Assembly (NCBI RefSeq): GCF_018977255.1
Contig: NW_024704755.1
Location: forward strand, 620,001-684,000
Length of the DNA stretch: 64,000 bases
DNA from: Callorhinchus milii
Lineage: Eukaryota
Direction: 5' to 3'
The notes below the pieces were generated by a model. That model saw nothing but the letters and a program-made list of their open reading frames with translations, made no database searches and was not told the DNA's origin. Of this stretch, positions 29,801 through 41,747 are shown in pieces (position 1 is the stretch's first letter; each line of letters starts with the position of its first letter). A program made the position numbers and the translations under genes.

Positions 29801-32488
29801 TCTCACTCTGTGTGTTTCTCTGTTACTGTGTGTGTGCGGGTGGGGAGGGTGCTGCGGGCGGGTGGACAGAGGTGACGCTGTTGTGTTCCAGACCCTGGAT
29901 TACGAGACAGAGCGTGAGTTCACGCTGATCATCGCTGCCCGGAATGAAGTGGAGCTGGTGGACAGTGTGTACGGACCAAGCGGCACTGCCACAGTCAGCG
30001 TCACCGTGCAGGATGTGAACGAGCCCCCGGTCTTCACCCACCGCCAGTACCAGGTGTCGGTGCCCAGAGACATCACTCCCGGCAGCTCACTGCTGACCCT
30101 CAGCGGCTACGATCCCGACACCCCTCATACCCCCATCAGGTACCCACACAGAGCCCGTCCCCATCCTGTGTGTGTTTGTGTGGGGGGGGGGGAGGGAGGG
30201 GCTGGGGAGCTTAGGTGTAGGGTGTGCGTGTGTGAGGGTGTAGGAGGGATGTGGAATGTTGTCCGGGGCTCACTCTTGCTCCACTCACAGGTATCACCTG
30301 GAGAAAGACATGCTCGGGTGGCTTTCAATCGACGGCTCAGGGACGGTGAGCACGGTGCGGGGGCTGGGCTGGGAGCTGGCGGGGACCACCTACACCGTTT
30401 TGGTGGTCGCTGAGGACACAGGTAACAGCAACGGTCACCACTCCCGCAACACCGACCGGCTCCAAACATCTTGTGGGGAAACAGCGGCGAGTGCAGTGAC
30501 TGAACGAATATCTATAATCCTTGCATTTGCTACAGTCCCTCATCACAGCTTCGAAACATCTCAAAGCGCTTCACAGGATACGCTGTAAACTGAGTTGACT
30601 GTTTATATTGTGGTTGAGTATCTGACACTCCTTTTTACTCTGTTGCAGAAAATACATCTTTATCTGTCGCTGTACCTCTGCTCATTCACCTCGAAACCCC
30701 GACAGAGGGACCGGGATTGGGCCGGGAGGGGCTGGGGTCGGGGCTGGTGCTGAAGAAAACCTCGGGTGGGGTACTGTGTACCCCTCGCCGTGAGGCGCAG
30801 TCGCTCAGTATCAGGGTCACCACACGGGAGGGGACAGAGCCTGCAGCCCCCCTGGTGCTCACCCTCGCCTCGGACGCCCTGATACAGAGAAACTGGCGGC
30901 TCCAGCAAACCAACAGTACGTGGTGGGGGGGGGGCGGGAGCAAGTCACTAGGCACCTGATGAGGGGTGTGAGGTGGGGGGCAGCTTAACACACACGCAGA
31001 TCTGAGACTGACTGTGGGCGAAGGTTTATATCAGTCACTGCACACACTCACGCTCACACACAAAGAGGAGCCGATCCTCACAGACACTCTTATTCATACA
31101 CACACACACAAGCCTTACAGCACAGATAAGGGGCAATGGGTCCCTGTTCCCCGATGGATACTGTAGATACAAGAGCCAGCGCTGACACACACATGATCTG
31201 TCCAGCACTGAGCGCTCCATACTGTCAGCAGGAATGTGACGCCGTGGATCTGGCTATTTTTCAGACACACACGCTTATCTGACCTTTGGGTTCCGCTGGG
31301 TGACTCCTAGGGTCCACCTGGTCGCTATTGTCGTTTCAGTCTCTGGCCCAGCCACAGCAAGTCAGAGCCAGAGCCTAACCCTCCCAGGTAAGAGCAGGGG
31401 AATGTGTGATCTCCCCCGCCCCACAACCCCCACCCCCCCCTCCCCGGCCCCCTACACACACTCATAGTCCCCACACCCAGTGTTGCTGCTCCAGCACAGG
31501 ATTCCTCCAAATAACATCGCTCACTCACGTGACAGCTGTTTGTGGGACGTTGCTGTGTGCAGAATTGGCTGCCGCGTTCACCTGCAAATACGGTCACTGC
31601 ACTTTACTGTAAATCCTGTAAAGCTCTGTAAGACGTCCTCCAACATGAAAGGCACCGGATCAAATGTGAGGATTACTATTCATTATAAATAACCAGTGTG
31701 TTACATTAAATAAATTGAACGTCGTGGGAGTAAAATAGAACAAAACAAGAGGTATTTCCTGGGAGTGTGAGGCACTTGACTCAAACTGTGTGTTGGGTTC
31801 CCTGAGTCACCAGCAGACAAACCAGCCCAACTCCCCATGTGTCTGGCTCAATCACCACCCACCGCCCGCACCTTCACCCCATCCAACTCTCCCACCCCCT
31901 CCCCCCCCATACTAAGCAGTGTGATCTTTCTCCAGTGACGGTGTGTACCTGCGGCTCCGGTGATTATTGCCGGATGGAGCTGGAGCCGGTGACGGGCAAA
32001 CCCACCATCCTGTCGGCCGTAGCCATCCTGGGGGTGCTTTGGGAGTCGCGGGTAAGTGACCAGCAATACTCCCTCCCCCCGGGTTGGGGGCAGCGATTTG
32101 TGGCTTCGATTGTCCAGTAGATATTCACTGCGGATCTGTCACCCCCCACCCCCCAAAACACAGTGTCACCCCCCAACACAGCTCCTGTGTCTGGTGTAGC
32201 ACAGACGAGTTTGAGCCGTTTTGGGGGCAGGTTGGAGCATTGGCCCCAGTGGGAAGGGAGTGAGGGTGGGTGTTACTACCGAGAGCCCTCGTGGTTCACA
32301 CGTGAGTGAGTAGAGGCTATCACTGGCCACAGTGGGGCAGCATTGAGTCACTCCAGGTTCCAATCCTCTCTGTCTGTCTCTGACCCTCAGCCTTGATCCT
32401 GATGGTCACCTTCACCCATCTGTCTGTGAGGAGGAGGCGGGAGAGTGTGAATCCCGAGGCCCTGCCTCTCCAGCCCGCTCGATACTAA
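23863..32488 (+). CDS. CDH16: Cadherin-16 (Ksp-cadherin, 7D cadherin); 17 coding exons, four apparent -1 frameshifts
   Basis: Exons 23863-23904, 24080-24184, 24377-24514, 25120-25257*, 26336-26494, 26963-27159, 27674-27804*, 27967-28117, 28513-28737, 29075-29151, 29557-29747*, 29892-30139, 30291-30421, 30649-30915, 31265-31387, 31936-32051* and 32391-32488 (* = 1 nt short). Cadherin motifs DRE, DxNDNAP and LDYE; CDH16-like VKDMGDQ, LCTPR, HAYLT and PTILSAV; short cytoplasmic tail. Confidence 0.9.
24632..24993 (+). mobile_element. Same SINE family, full length
   Basis: GTAGTGGTTAGAG..GGTTTGATTCCC head, body and (ATT)n tail. Confidence 0.85.
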
Positions 32489-35204
32489 TTGGACAGTGAA
32501 CGTTCGCTGAGGTGGGGCCACATACCAGTGCTGTGATTGAACGTTCAGCTCTTACACTTCTCCTCCAATCAGGGTTGATCATTCAATCAGTCACTTTCCT
32601 ATCTCCCTGGGACCGCACAGACCAGCGTGTAAACCGTGTGTAAATCGTGTTGAAACCACGTGTGCTTTATGAATTTGGGTGCAACCAAAGTCTAAATGCA
32701 TGTGTACAAAGGAAATTCTATGTACAATGTGTAAACCATGTGTCAATTGTGTGTAAACCCATGTGTACAGAGGGAATTGTATGTGTAAACCATGTGTCTG
32801 AGACACCATTCGGGGTGGAGGGCACTATATAAATCCAAGTTGTTGTTGTTGTTGTGTCCATTGCGTGTAAACCCATGTGTACAGAGGGAATTCTATGTAT
32901 AAACCATGTGTAAACTGTGGGTACAGAAGGATTTCCAGGTGACTTGACTAATGTGGCTTTTCAACAATTCCTTTCCATTGGTGGTAAATTATGTAATTAA
33001 AGGTGACCCACCCCATGCACATGTGTTTGCCCAATACACATGGTTTACACATGGTGCAGTGTTGACCCCAGTGACTGGAATCTCTAGTTCTGACACTGAT
33101 TGTTAAATACATTATGAGATAATTACGTCACTGCTTCGTGCTGTCCGGGTGCGTGTGACGTGCTGCTGCATAAACCAGCTTTGTGTAACACTGAGATTGA
33201 TTTTGCGATTGTTCCATGTGTTAATTATCACATTGGGTGAACCAGAGGGGAACCTTCTCTCTTCCTGTCTCTACTTTCTCTCTCTCTGTTCTCACTGGTG
33301 TTGGTCGCAAAGCCAGGCTTGAGATGATAGAATTCCGGACAGCGGCTGGTTTGGCATTCCCATCTTCTATGTCCCAAATCTCCGGGATCCTATCCGCTGA
33401 TCTGGTTGATGGAGCTGGAATTCCTGTGTAGCTGCTGTTCGCTCTGCCTCTGTGCCGTTGCTGTGGTGAAGGTCTCAGGGCCTTGTGTGATAACCACTGA
33501 GATAGTTTCTCACCATCATAAACCCACCGGCGTCTGGTCAGTCCCCCAGCCTAGGGTTGCTCACGCTCTGAGTCTCTGCACTGTCTCTGCTTTCCCCGTC
33601 ACCTCCTGCTAATCTCAGAATCACACTCACCGCTTTGATTTTTATAATTGATTGTCAGATCAGAGACTTGCCGTTAATCCCAATGCAAATACTCACAATC
33701 TAGCAAAGTGCCTATTAAACCACTGAGCACCGCTCACTCACACAGTCTGTTTACTCCATTTTCTGAAAACCGGCGCAAAGGCCTCTCAAAGCGCTTCACA
33801 TGATTCACTGTGAAGTGTAGTGACTGTGTGTTTAGCAGGTAAGCCTGGCAGCCAATTTGCACACAGAACGATCTGCAGTCATGGAGTAAGTGAGGGATTT
33901 TTCTCTGGGGGATTGTCGGCCAGGATACCAGGAGAGAGAAACTTCCTGCTCTTTTCAAATAGTGCCGCAGGATCATTAATGTCCAGGCAGATGGCACCTC
34001 AGTTTAATGTCTGATCCGAAGGGATCTGAACAGTTCTGATCGAAGACCCCCCTCATTGTGAGCAAAGTCCCTAATGGGGAACGTGAGCCCACAAGCTTCT
34101 GACTCAGTGGAGAGAGGGCTGGTGACTGATGCCATCAACACCGTTGAAAGTCTGGCCACATGGTGTCACACAGAGAGTTACAGAGAGTGAGAGTCACACA
34201 GAGCAGGTGGTGTACACTGGGAAGAGACATTTTTTACACAATTCTTCGTCATCTGGAGTTGAGGGCAAATGGCCTGGATTCTGTGGATTCTGCCCCCAAC
34301 TCCCCCTCCCCCACCCACCACCATCGGTGGAGCCAGGCAGCTGTAGGTAGGCTGGGACCGGTGTGTCATTGTTAATGACAGCGATGTGTGACTGAATCAC
34401 TGGGATACCAGTGTCCAGCCCGAGTCACTGACAGTTAGTGTGTGTGTGTGTGTGACTGTCACTCTTTACAGACAGTTTTTTTTGGGGAATATTACATCAA
34501 TGTAATATTGATGTTGATGATCTTCGGCGCTCAAATTCGAGGACTCCAGCTGTCTGGCTGGGGGTGTAGTGGTTGTGTGTTTAGCAGGTGAACCGGGTGT
34601 GGGGGGAGAGCTACAGCTCGCTGGGTGACAGGATTTTTCCCGTTTCGCTTCACAAGGCAGCAGACCTGGTTTCTGTCACTGTGTTGTGAAATGTTATTGT
34701 TTGGATCTCACCAGTACATTCCTGTGCGGCCAAATCTTGAGAGAGTTTCTATAAACAGCGCAGTTGTTGGCTCAGGGCTGTGTCTTGTGGATATTCACAG
34801 CGATACCCTCCCTTCCTCTACTCCCTCCCACTCTCAAACCCCAACAGCAAAGCAACACGAAGGGTGGGGATAAAGCAAACCCCAATAACGTGCTGAACAC
34901 AGGCACAAACTCCGCCACGAAGGAAGAGGGTGTAGGAGTGAGTGATGGCTTTACACACATGGTGCGGAGTGTGTGGAGCTTTCTGACTCTGCTGGAAAAT
35001 AGGAGACTGGTCAAAGGAAAGCTGTGGAGATGGAATCAATGGTCAGTGAGGGTTAGCCAGAGACTGGGGTAGTTTCAGGTAATCAGGGTGTCATAGAAGG
35101 GTGGGGATTTGGATTAAAAAGTGTGCCCAAATCTAACACGCTTTTGGCACAACCTGGATAGTCTGAATGGCCTCTTCCTGTCCCTGTGTTCTTCTAAAAC
35201 AAGC

Positions 35205-35540
35205 CAGGGTAGCATAGTGGTTAGTGCGCTGGCCTCGCAAGTGAGAGGACCCGGGTTCGATTCCCAGGCAGGGCGAAACCTTAGGCAAGTTTCCTTTCTC
35301 CACACACCTTCATTGACCCAATAATCATCTGAAGGCTATTGACCTAATAATCCCTCAACAAAAATGTGGTCATTCAATCCATGACTGTTTGTGGGACATT
35401 GCTGTACGCATTTGCCTGCCTTGTTTTGCCCAGAAAATACACAGTCATTATACTTTACAGTATGTCCTGTGAAGCGCTTTGAGACATCTCCAAGTTATGA
35501 TAAGGAGCTGTATCAAATGCAAGGATTACTTTTATTATTA
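35205..35540 (+). mobile_element. Same SINE family, best-preserved tRNA-like head
   Basis: GTAGCATAGTGGTTAGTGCGCTGGCCTCGCAAGTGAGAGGACCCGGGTTCGATTCCC followed by the SINE body and tail. Confidence 0.88.
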
Positions 35541-35690
35541 GTAACATGGTTCAGCTGCTTTAGCCAGTAATGGTATGAGGCTCTCTGGCTGCTTATCAGA
35601 CACTCTGATGGTGGTGCGAGGGGAATGCCGGGGGAGGGAATGCCAGGAAGCGTTTCCAAGGGTTGTGTTTAGTAAATAAACGGCTGGGAG

Positions 35691-36620
35691 CAGCTGGTGG
35701 ATTCCCAGCCCTGGACGAGGTGAGGCCTGACAGTGGCTGTCAGCGCGGCCTATAAATAAACCGTGTGAGAGCGCGTGGCTGTGCATTCAGTAGCTTGCTG
35801 CTAATGGCCTGGGTCTGGGGGGTTTTAGTGTTTGTTATTTATAACTGGGAGGCAGTGCTCATCCCCACACACACACATCCTCCCCCTCCCCCTCCCACAT
35901 ACAGGCTCTTCATTCTCCTTCACATGTTCACAGTCACATAATAATAATTCTTGCATTTGATATAGCACCTTATCACTTTGTTGAGATGTATCAAAGTGCT
36001 TCACAGAATATATTGTAAAGTGGATTGACTATGTATTTTGTAGGTGAAACGCGGCAGTCAATTGCGCACATGAGTGTCCGACAAACAGTCATGAATTGAG
36101 TGACTACATTTTCTTGTTGGGAGGGTTTATTACTCCGAGAAAGCTTTCCGCTAATTGACTAACAACTGGGTTTCTACTTACTGCTAGGTAAACAGAAGGG
36201 TGTGGAGTAAAGAAACTTGCCTAAGGTTTGGAAACAAACCGGGGTCTCTCGCTTGCGAAGCGAGCATCCTAACCACTATGCTATGGGACATCCTTCCCCC
36301 ACCCCATCCTCTGTATGAGGAGCCAGTCCTAATTAAACACCCTGGTTTCTGGCTCACAGCATAAATTGCCTGTAAGCCAGCGCTGAATTGTCAATCTGCC
36401 CCCGAGAGGCCAGTGACTGCTGCTGGGATGAAGGCCAGGTTCTGGGGTCAGACACGTTAGAGTCTATTTTCCGCCGCCGGCCAGAAATAGATACCGTTTC
36501 TTTTTGTGGCCGCACGGTTGCTGAGTTTAGGACCAGACCTCCCCAGGCTATAAATAGCCCAGGGGAGACTCAACTCCTGCCGGAACGTGCTGGCTGGATG
36601 CTGACACTGGGCTATTTCCC
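35691..36620. promoter_or_regulatory. Candidate muscle-type enhancer: MEF2 site cluster with E-box and TGACAG palindrome
   Basis: CAGCTG at 35691, TGACAGTGGCTGTCA at 35728, and YTAWWWWTAR matches at 35750, 35835 and GGCTATAAATAGCC at 36546. Confidence 0.45.
35940..36288 (-). mobile_element. Same SINE family, inverted copy
   Basis: Reverse complement of the family consensus, tail to head. Confidence 0.85.
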
Positions 36621-36784
36621 AGCACTGACATCCCTGATCTCAGAGAACACAAACCTCATCCCAATTCCCCCTGCCCCCCCTTGATCCCCACCACCAATAA
36701 AACCTGTAAGAGTCTAGAGAACACTGTCTCCGTGTAGCAGCAGAGACACCCCGATCGGAATGTCAGAGTCAGGCCGAGCCGCCG

Positions 36785-37418
36785 CATCACGTGGGAACGT
36801 GTGGTGACATCACGTGGGAACGTGTGGTGACATCACAGATTGTGTGGTGACATCACGTGAGAACGTTTGGTGGCATCACATGGGAACTTGTGACATCATG
36901 TGGGAACTTGTGGTGACATCACGTGGGAACGTGTGGTGACATCACGTGGGAACGTGTGGTGACATCACAGATTGTGTGGTGACATCACGTGAGAACGTTT
37001 GGTGGCATCACATGGGAACTTGTGACATCACGTGAGAACGTGTGGTGACATCACGTGGGAACGTGTGGCGACATCACGTGGGAATGTGTGGTGACATCAC
37101 GTGAGAACGTGTGGTGACATCACGTGGGAACTTGTGACATCACGTGGGAACATGTGGTGACATCACGTGAGAACTTGTGACATCACGTGAGAACGTTTGG
37201 TGGCATCACATGGGAACTTGTGACATCATGTGGGAACTTGTGGTGACATCACATGAGAATGTGTGGTGGCATCGCGTGAGAACGTATGGTGACATCACGT
37301 GGGAACGTGTGGTGACATCACGTGAGAACGTTTGGTGACATCACGTGGGAATTTGTGACATCACGTGGGAACATGTGGTGACATCACGTGGGAACGTGTG
37401 GTGACATCACGTGGGAAC
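36785..37418. repeat. ~20-23-bp minisatellite, ~28 units (GTGGTGACATCACGTGRGAACGT)
   Basis: Directly visible tandem array with length and sequence variants. Confidence 0.97.
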
Positions 37419-39827
37419 GGGTACACTCTCGTTGTCCTCTGTATACTCAGTGCCCCTGTATACACACCTCTGCTTTAAAGGGCTAATTGGAGCTTTCATC
37501 TGTTCTATAGATGTGTGTACAGAGAGCATCTATTCTGAGTGAAACACGATCTCTGGCTAGTGAGTGACTCAGACTGGCCAGGATTAAAACAACTATATTT
37601 ACACTGATCGTCACTAATACAGCAAACCCAGCCAGCCGGTGATTCATGTTAAGCTGAAAATAACAGACATTGTGAGATATTTACTCTCCAATTCCAACAG
37701 AGACAGAGAGAAATAGACAGAGACAAAAGAGACCATTCATTCTGAGTGCTTTAGGACTGTCTGTGTGTGACTGAAATGCAATAATAATAATAATCCTTGT
37801 ATCGTCATTGAGATGGCTCAAAGCACTGCATAGAGTATAGTGTAAAATGAATTGATTGTAGTATATTGTGTATGTGCGAGGAGCGTGTGTGTCAATGTGC
37901 AGGAGCATGCGTGAGTGTACAAGGAGCGTGTGTAAGTGCCATGCTGTGTGTGTGTGACTGGATTTGAATGGTTGGGGCGCCATCTGGTGGGCAGAAACAT
38001 TTCCTGAGCTCTTTATGGCACCCCAGAAATTTACAGCACAGGAGAGCGGGGGCCATCGCTGGTGAGGCCAGTTCCAGCCTGGGCTGCATGGGCGTTGGGC
38101 TGGGTCGTGGGATGGGGGGGGCGGGACTGTGGGTGGTGGCCGGGGCCACAGAGTTGTGGGCAAAGCTGGAGATGGTGATGCCACAAACCCAACCTGCGAC
38201 GGGTGCTTTCCTAGTCATTGTGTACGGCTTCCCTATGAGTTCAGTCACTACACATGACAATGTAATAAGGCACTAGATCAAATGTAAGGATTATTATATA
38301 TTGATTATATGTGGTCGGGCAGGAGGATGGAGAGGTTAGTGCCAGACACCTATTCTATAATAAACGCAATCTTCCAACAGCACTTTACGAGCAGCAGGGA
38401 GGTGGGAAATGCAGGAGATGAGACTCACTCGCTCACAGCCTGGGCGTTTCCGCACCTCGCATGCCCATCAAAGGTGCCCAAGGCAATTAGTCAGTCTGTA
38501 GGCAGGTAAGTACCTCCTCGGGGGTGGGGGTGCGTGATCAGCACAGCACCCATTAGCAACAACAACTTGCATTTATATAGCACCCTTCACCCCTGTGCTG
38601 AGGATTTTAAACATTGTTCAGCACCTGCACTGGATTCGGTGAGTGTATGTAAAAGCACAAAATCTAAACCGACAGCAGCAATACAGCATCAGTCACTGTC
38701 TGCTTGTGTGTGAGGCATCGTCTGCAGTAGGTGGTGCTGTGGCTTCACTCTTGATTTTATCATCATCGTCGACCTTACGTTCAATATTCGATAGAGCATC
38801 TTTAATAAGAAACCTCAAAATGCTTCACAGGGAATTGCTCCCAAGTGCAGTGACTGTGCAAATAAACACAGGCACACAGTCACTACACTTTTCAGTGTAT
38901 CTCGTGAAACTCTGAGCCATGAAAGTCCCTGTGTAAAATGCAGGGATTATTATTAATAATAAAATAGATTTTCATGTGCCATCTTTTATTATTGTTAAAT
39001 AAACTCAGTCATTACATCTTGTGAAGGACTTTTGAGATGTCCTTCCTTCATAAGTGAAAGGTAGTAAGTGCATGGAATATTAAATAATCTTTTATAATTA
39101 TCATTATTAAACTCATGGAAGACAATCTGAAGGTTGATTTCTCACATTCCATTTGAAGGAATTAATTAGGAAGTCAGTAACTGAAGCCAATCCCCGTTAG
39201 GAAATCTGACCGCTCCCCCCTGCCCAACTTGGTCTGTAAACCATAGAACATTCCAGAACTGTGGGAACATCCTGCACTTTAGGCCCCGTTTGGATGAGTC
39301 TTTCCTGCATTTCGTAAAGAAACCAGTTTCCAAATGAGGATTGACGTTGCAGAATGCTTCACCGTTCTAGGCCACCTCATCAACAATTTGAGACGAAAAT
39401 TATTTTTTATAAAGCAAAACTTGTAGATGTCACTATTTCTCTGGAATAACGGAATGTAGTGATTGTGCTAATGACACCTGATGGCTGATCAGTGCATGAA
39501 GAGACGATTAACAGAATATGGGTCGTGTTGCAACAATGGCAATGATTTACAGCAAACAAGAGATTTCACCCATTGTGTGAATCCATTGGTTACCACACCC
39601 ACCGCAAGTCCAGGGAAGAAATCCACAGTTTATATACGGGAGTGGTTGGGGGTGTCTAGTATCTGCCCCACCCTACAGGAGTCCACCCTCCTGCGATCAC
39701 ACAGCCTGAAGGTGGATGATGCAGGATTCCAGCCCTGAGACGAACAATTTGACAGTAATTAAATCTGTGCTGAGCGACTCTCAGACAATCGGCCTCTCCA
39801 CCGCCCCCTGCTGGAGTCCCGCAGTGG

Positions 39828-41716
39828 TTACTGGCGTCTGTGGGCCGAACGCCTGAACGAGGCTTCAACCGTCCTCCCCTTGAGGGGTTGAGGGGGGCGG
39901 AAGTTGTCCATCATCCGGGTCCTCAACCCCTCCTCCTCCCCTGAGAAAAAGAGTGTCCGGAACTTCTCCATCTGCAAAGAAACCGGACAAACAGAGTCAG
40001 ACGCCGGGGCTGAGCCCAGCCCCCACCTGCACCTCTTGCCTCTCGCTCCAGCCTTGGAGACAATTTCATCTTAAAACGTTTAAAGTTGGGCTGGAGTGAG
40101 CATCAGCACAGACACGATAATAATAAATAATAATCAATTGCATTTGATATAGCGCTTTTCATGTCTTCCAGACGTCTCAAAGCGCTTCACAGAATAGACT
40201 GTATAGTGAATAGACTGTATATTTGTGGGTGAAACACAGCAGCCAATTGCGCACAGTGGCTTCCCACAAACAATCGTGGATTGAAGTTACCAATTTTATT
40301 ATTGTTTTTTTTCTTGAGGGATTATTATCCTGGAGTAAGGAAACTTGCCCAAGGTTTCACCCTGCCGGGAATCAAACCCAGGTGTCTCGATTGCAAGGCG
40401 AGTGCCTTAACCACTGAGCTACAGGACTCCAACATTGGGGAGAGAGCAGGGAATGGGGTTAGAGTAGAAAGCTCTGGAGTTGGCGCTGGGGACATGTTGC
40501 CCGAGTGACTGACCTGCTTCTCAGACAAGTATAGTGGTTCCTTCAACATCAGCCAGGTGACGCTCTCATGCAGGGGAGGTGTGGTCAGTGAGCCGCGGTA
40601 GGTCCAGTAATCCAGGCAGTCGGGGAGGAGACCCGAAGGGTTAAAGTCCTTAAACTGGGCCTTGGTTTCCTGCCAGAGATCAATAACTATATCAGCTGTG
40701 CTCTGTGTCTAATCACATTGTAAGTACAATGAGATAGGAGCCAGCTCAGTTCAGCAATGATTAACTACAAATTACTTTCCTTCAATCCGGCTCTTGTCCA
40801 GAGTCCTGAGCTCACAAGGCCCAGTCAGCAATAATAATACTAATTCTTGCATTTACTATAGTGCCTTATCACATTGTTGAGACGTCTCAATTCACTTCAA
40901 AGAATATATTGTAAAGTGAATTGACTGTAATATTTTGTGGGAAAAGAGCGGCAACCAATGCACACAGCAGTGTCCCACAAACAGTCGTGGATTTAGTGAT
41001 CAAATTATTATTAGTATTTTTTGGAGAGATTATTATCCCCCGAAAAGTGATCTGCCAATTGATTAACAATTGGATTCCTACTTAATGCTCGAGTAACAGA
41101 GGCGTATGCAGTAAGGAAACTTGACTGGGAATCAAAGCTGGGTCCTCTCCCTTGCAATGCGAACACATGAGCCACTGAGCTCCAGGGTGATTCCCGGTTT
41201 GATGTGGATGCAGGGGCGAGCGAGTGAGGTGGGGAGGGGGGGGTCAGACAGGTAGGGGAGAGGGCTGGACATACCTTGAATCTGACCATGTAGAGAGCGT
41301 CCGTCAGCCGGTGTAAGACACTGTGCTTCTCGCCGGTCTGAAAGGCACGAACAAGCTCAATTATTATTATTATATTTAATGAAACGTCAAGAGTTTCATT
41401 CGCTATTCGGGGTTCCTGTGATTATATAAAATCAACCAGTCACCCCTCACCCCTGGAAACCCATCTCCAACCCCCCTCAGCACTTCACCCAATCTGCCTT
41501 GGTCCCTAAATCCTGCCTGAAGACTAACCGCTATGACCTCGCCTGTGGGCACACACCCCTGACTTAGCCTCCTCCCCCACCGCTGTGCAGCACTCTTGAC
41601 ACTGTCCTGTGTGAGGGACTGTCTAAATACAAGTTGTACATATTTAATATTAAGAGTTTATATTTTACCGGCAATCAGCCTCACTGGGGCAACCCCCAGA
41701 CTAACTCTCTCTCTAT

Positions 41717-41747
<31 letters not shown>

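Noticed and set aside
25212-32034. Programmed frameshifting or RNA editing restoring CDH16
   Set aside because: No slippery-site/pseudoknot pattern; four independent events at short C/G runs fit sequencing error or decay.
32620-33060. Degenerate TGTAAACCATGTG repeat after CDH16, with related bits at ~19590 and ~28370
   Set aside because: Looks like decayed simple or dispersed repeat with no coherent structure.
35207-35275. tRNA gene
   Set aside because: Box A/B head continues into a SINE body and tail repeated many times; no proper acceptor stem or terminator.
36785-37418. CRISPR-like array
   Set aside because: Repeats are contiguous with no unique spacers, there are no cas genes, and the DNA is vertebrate.
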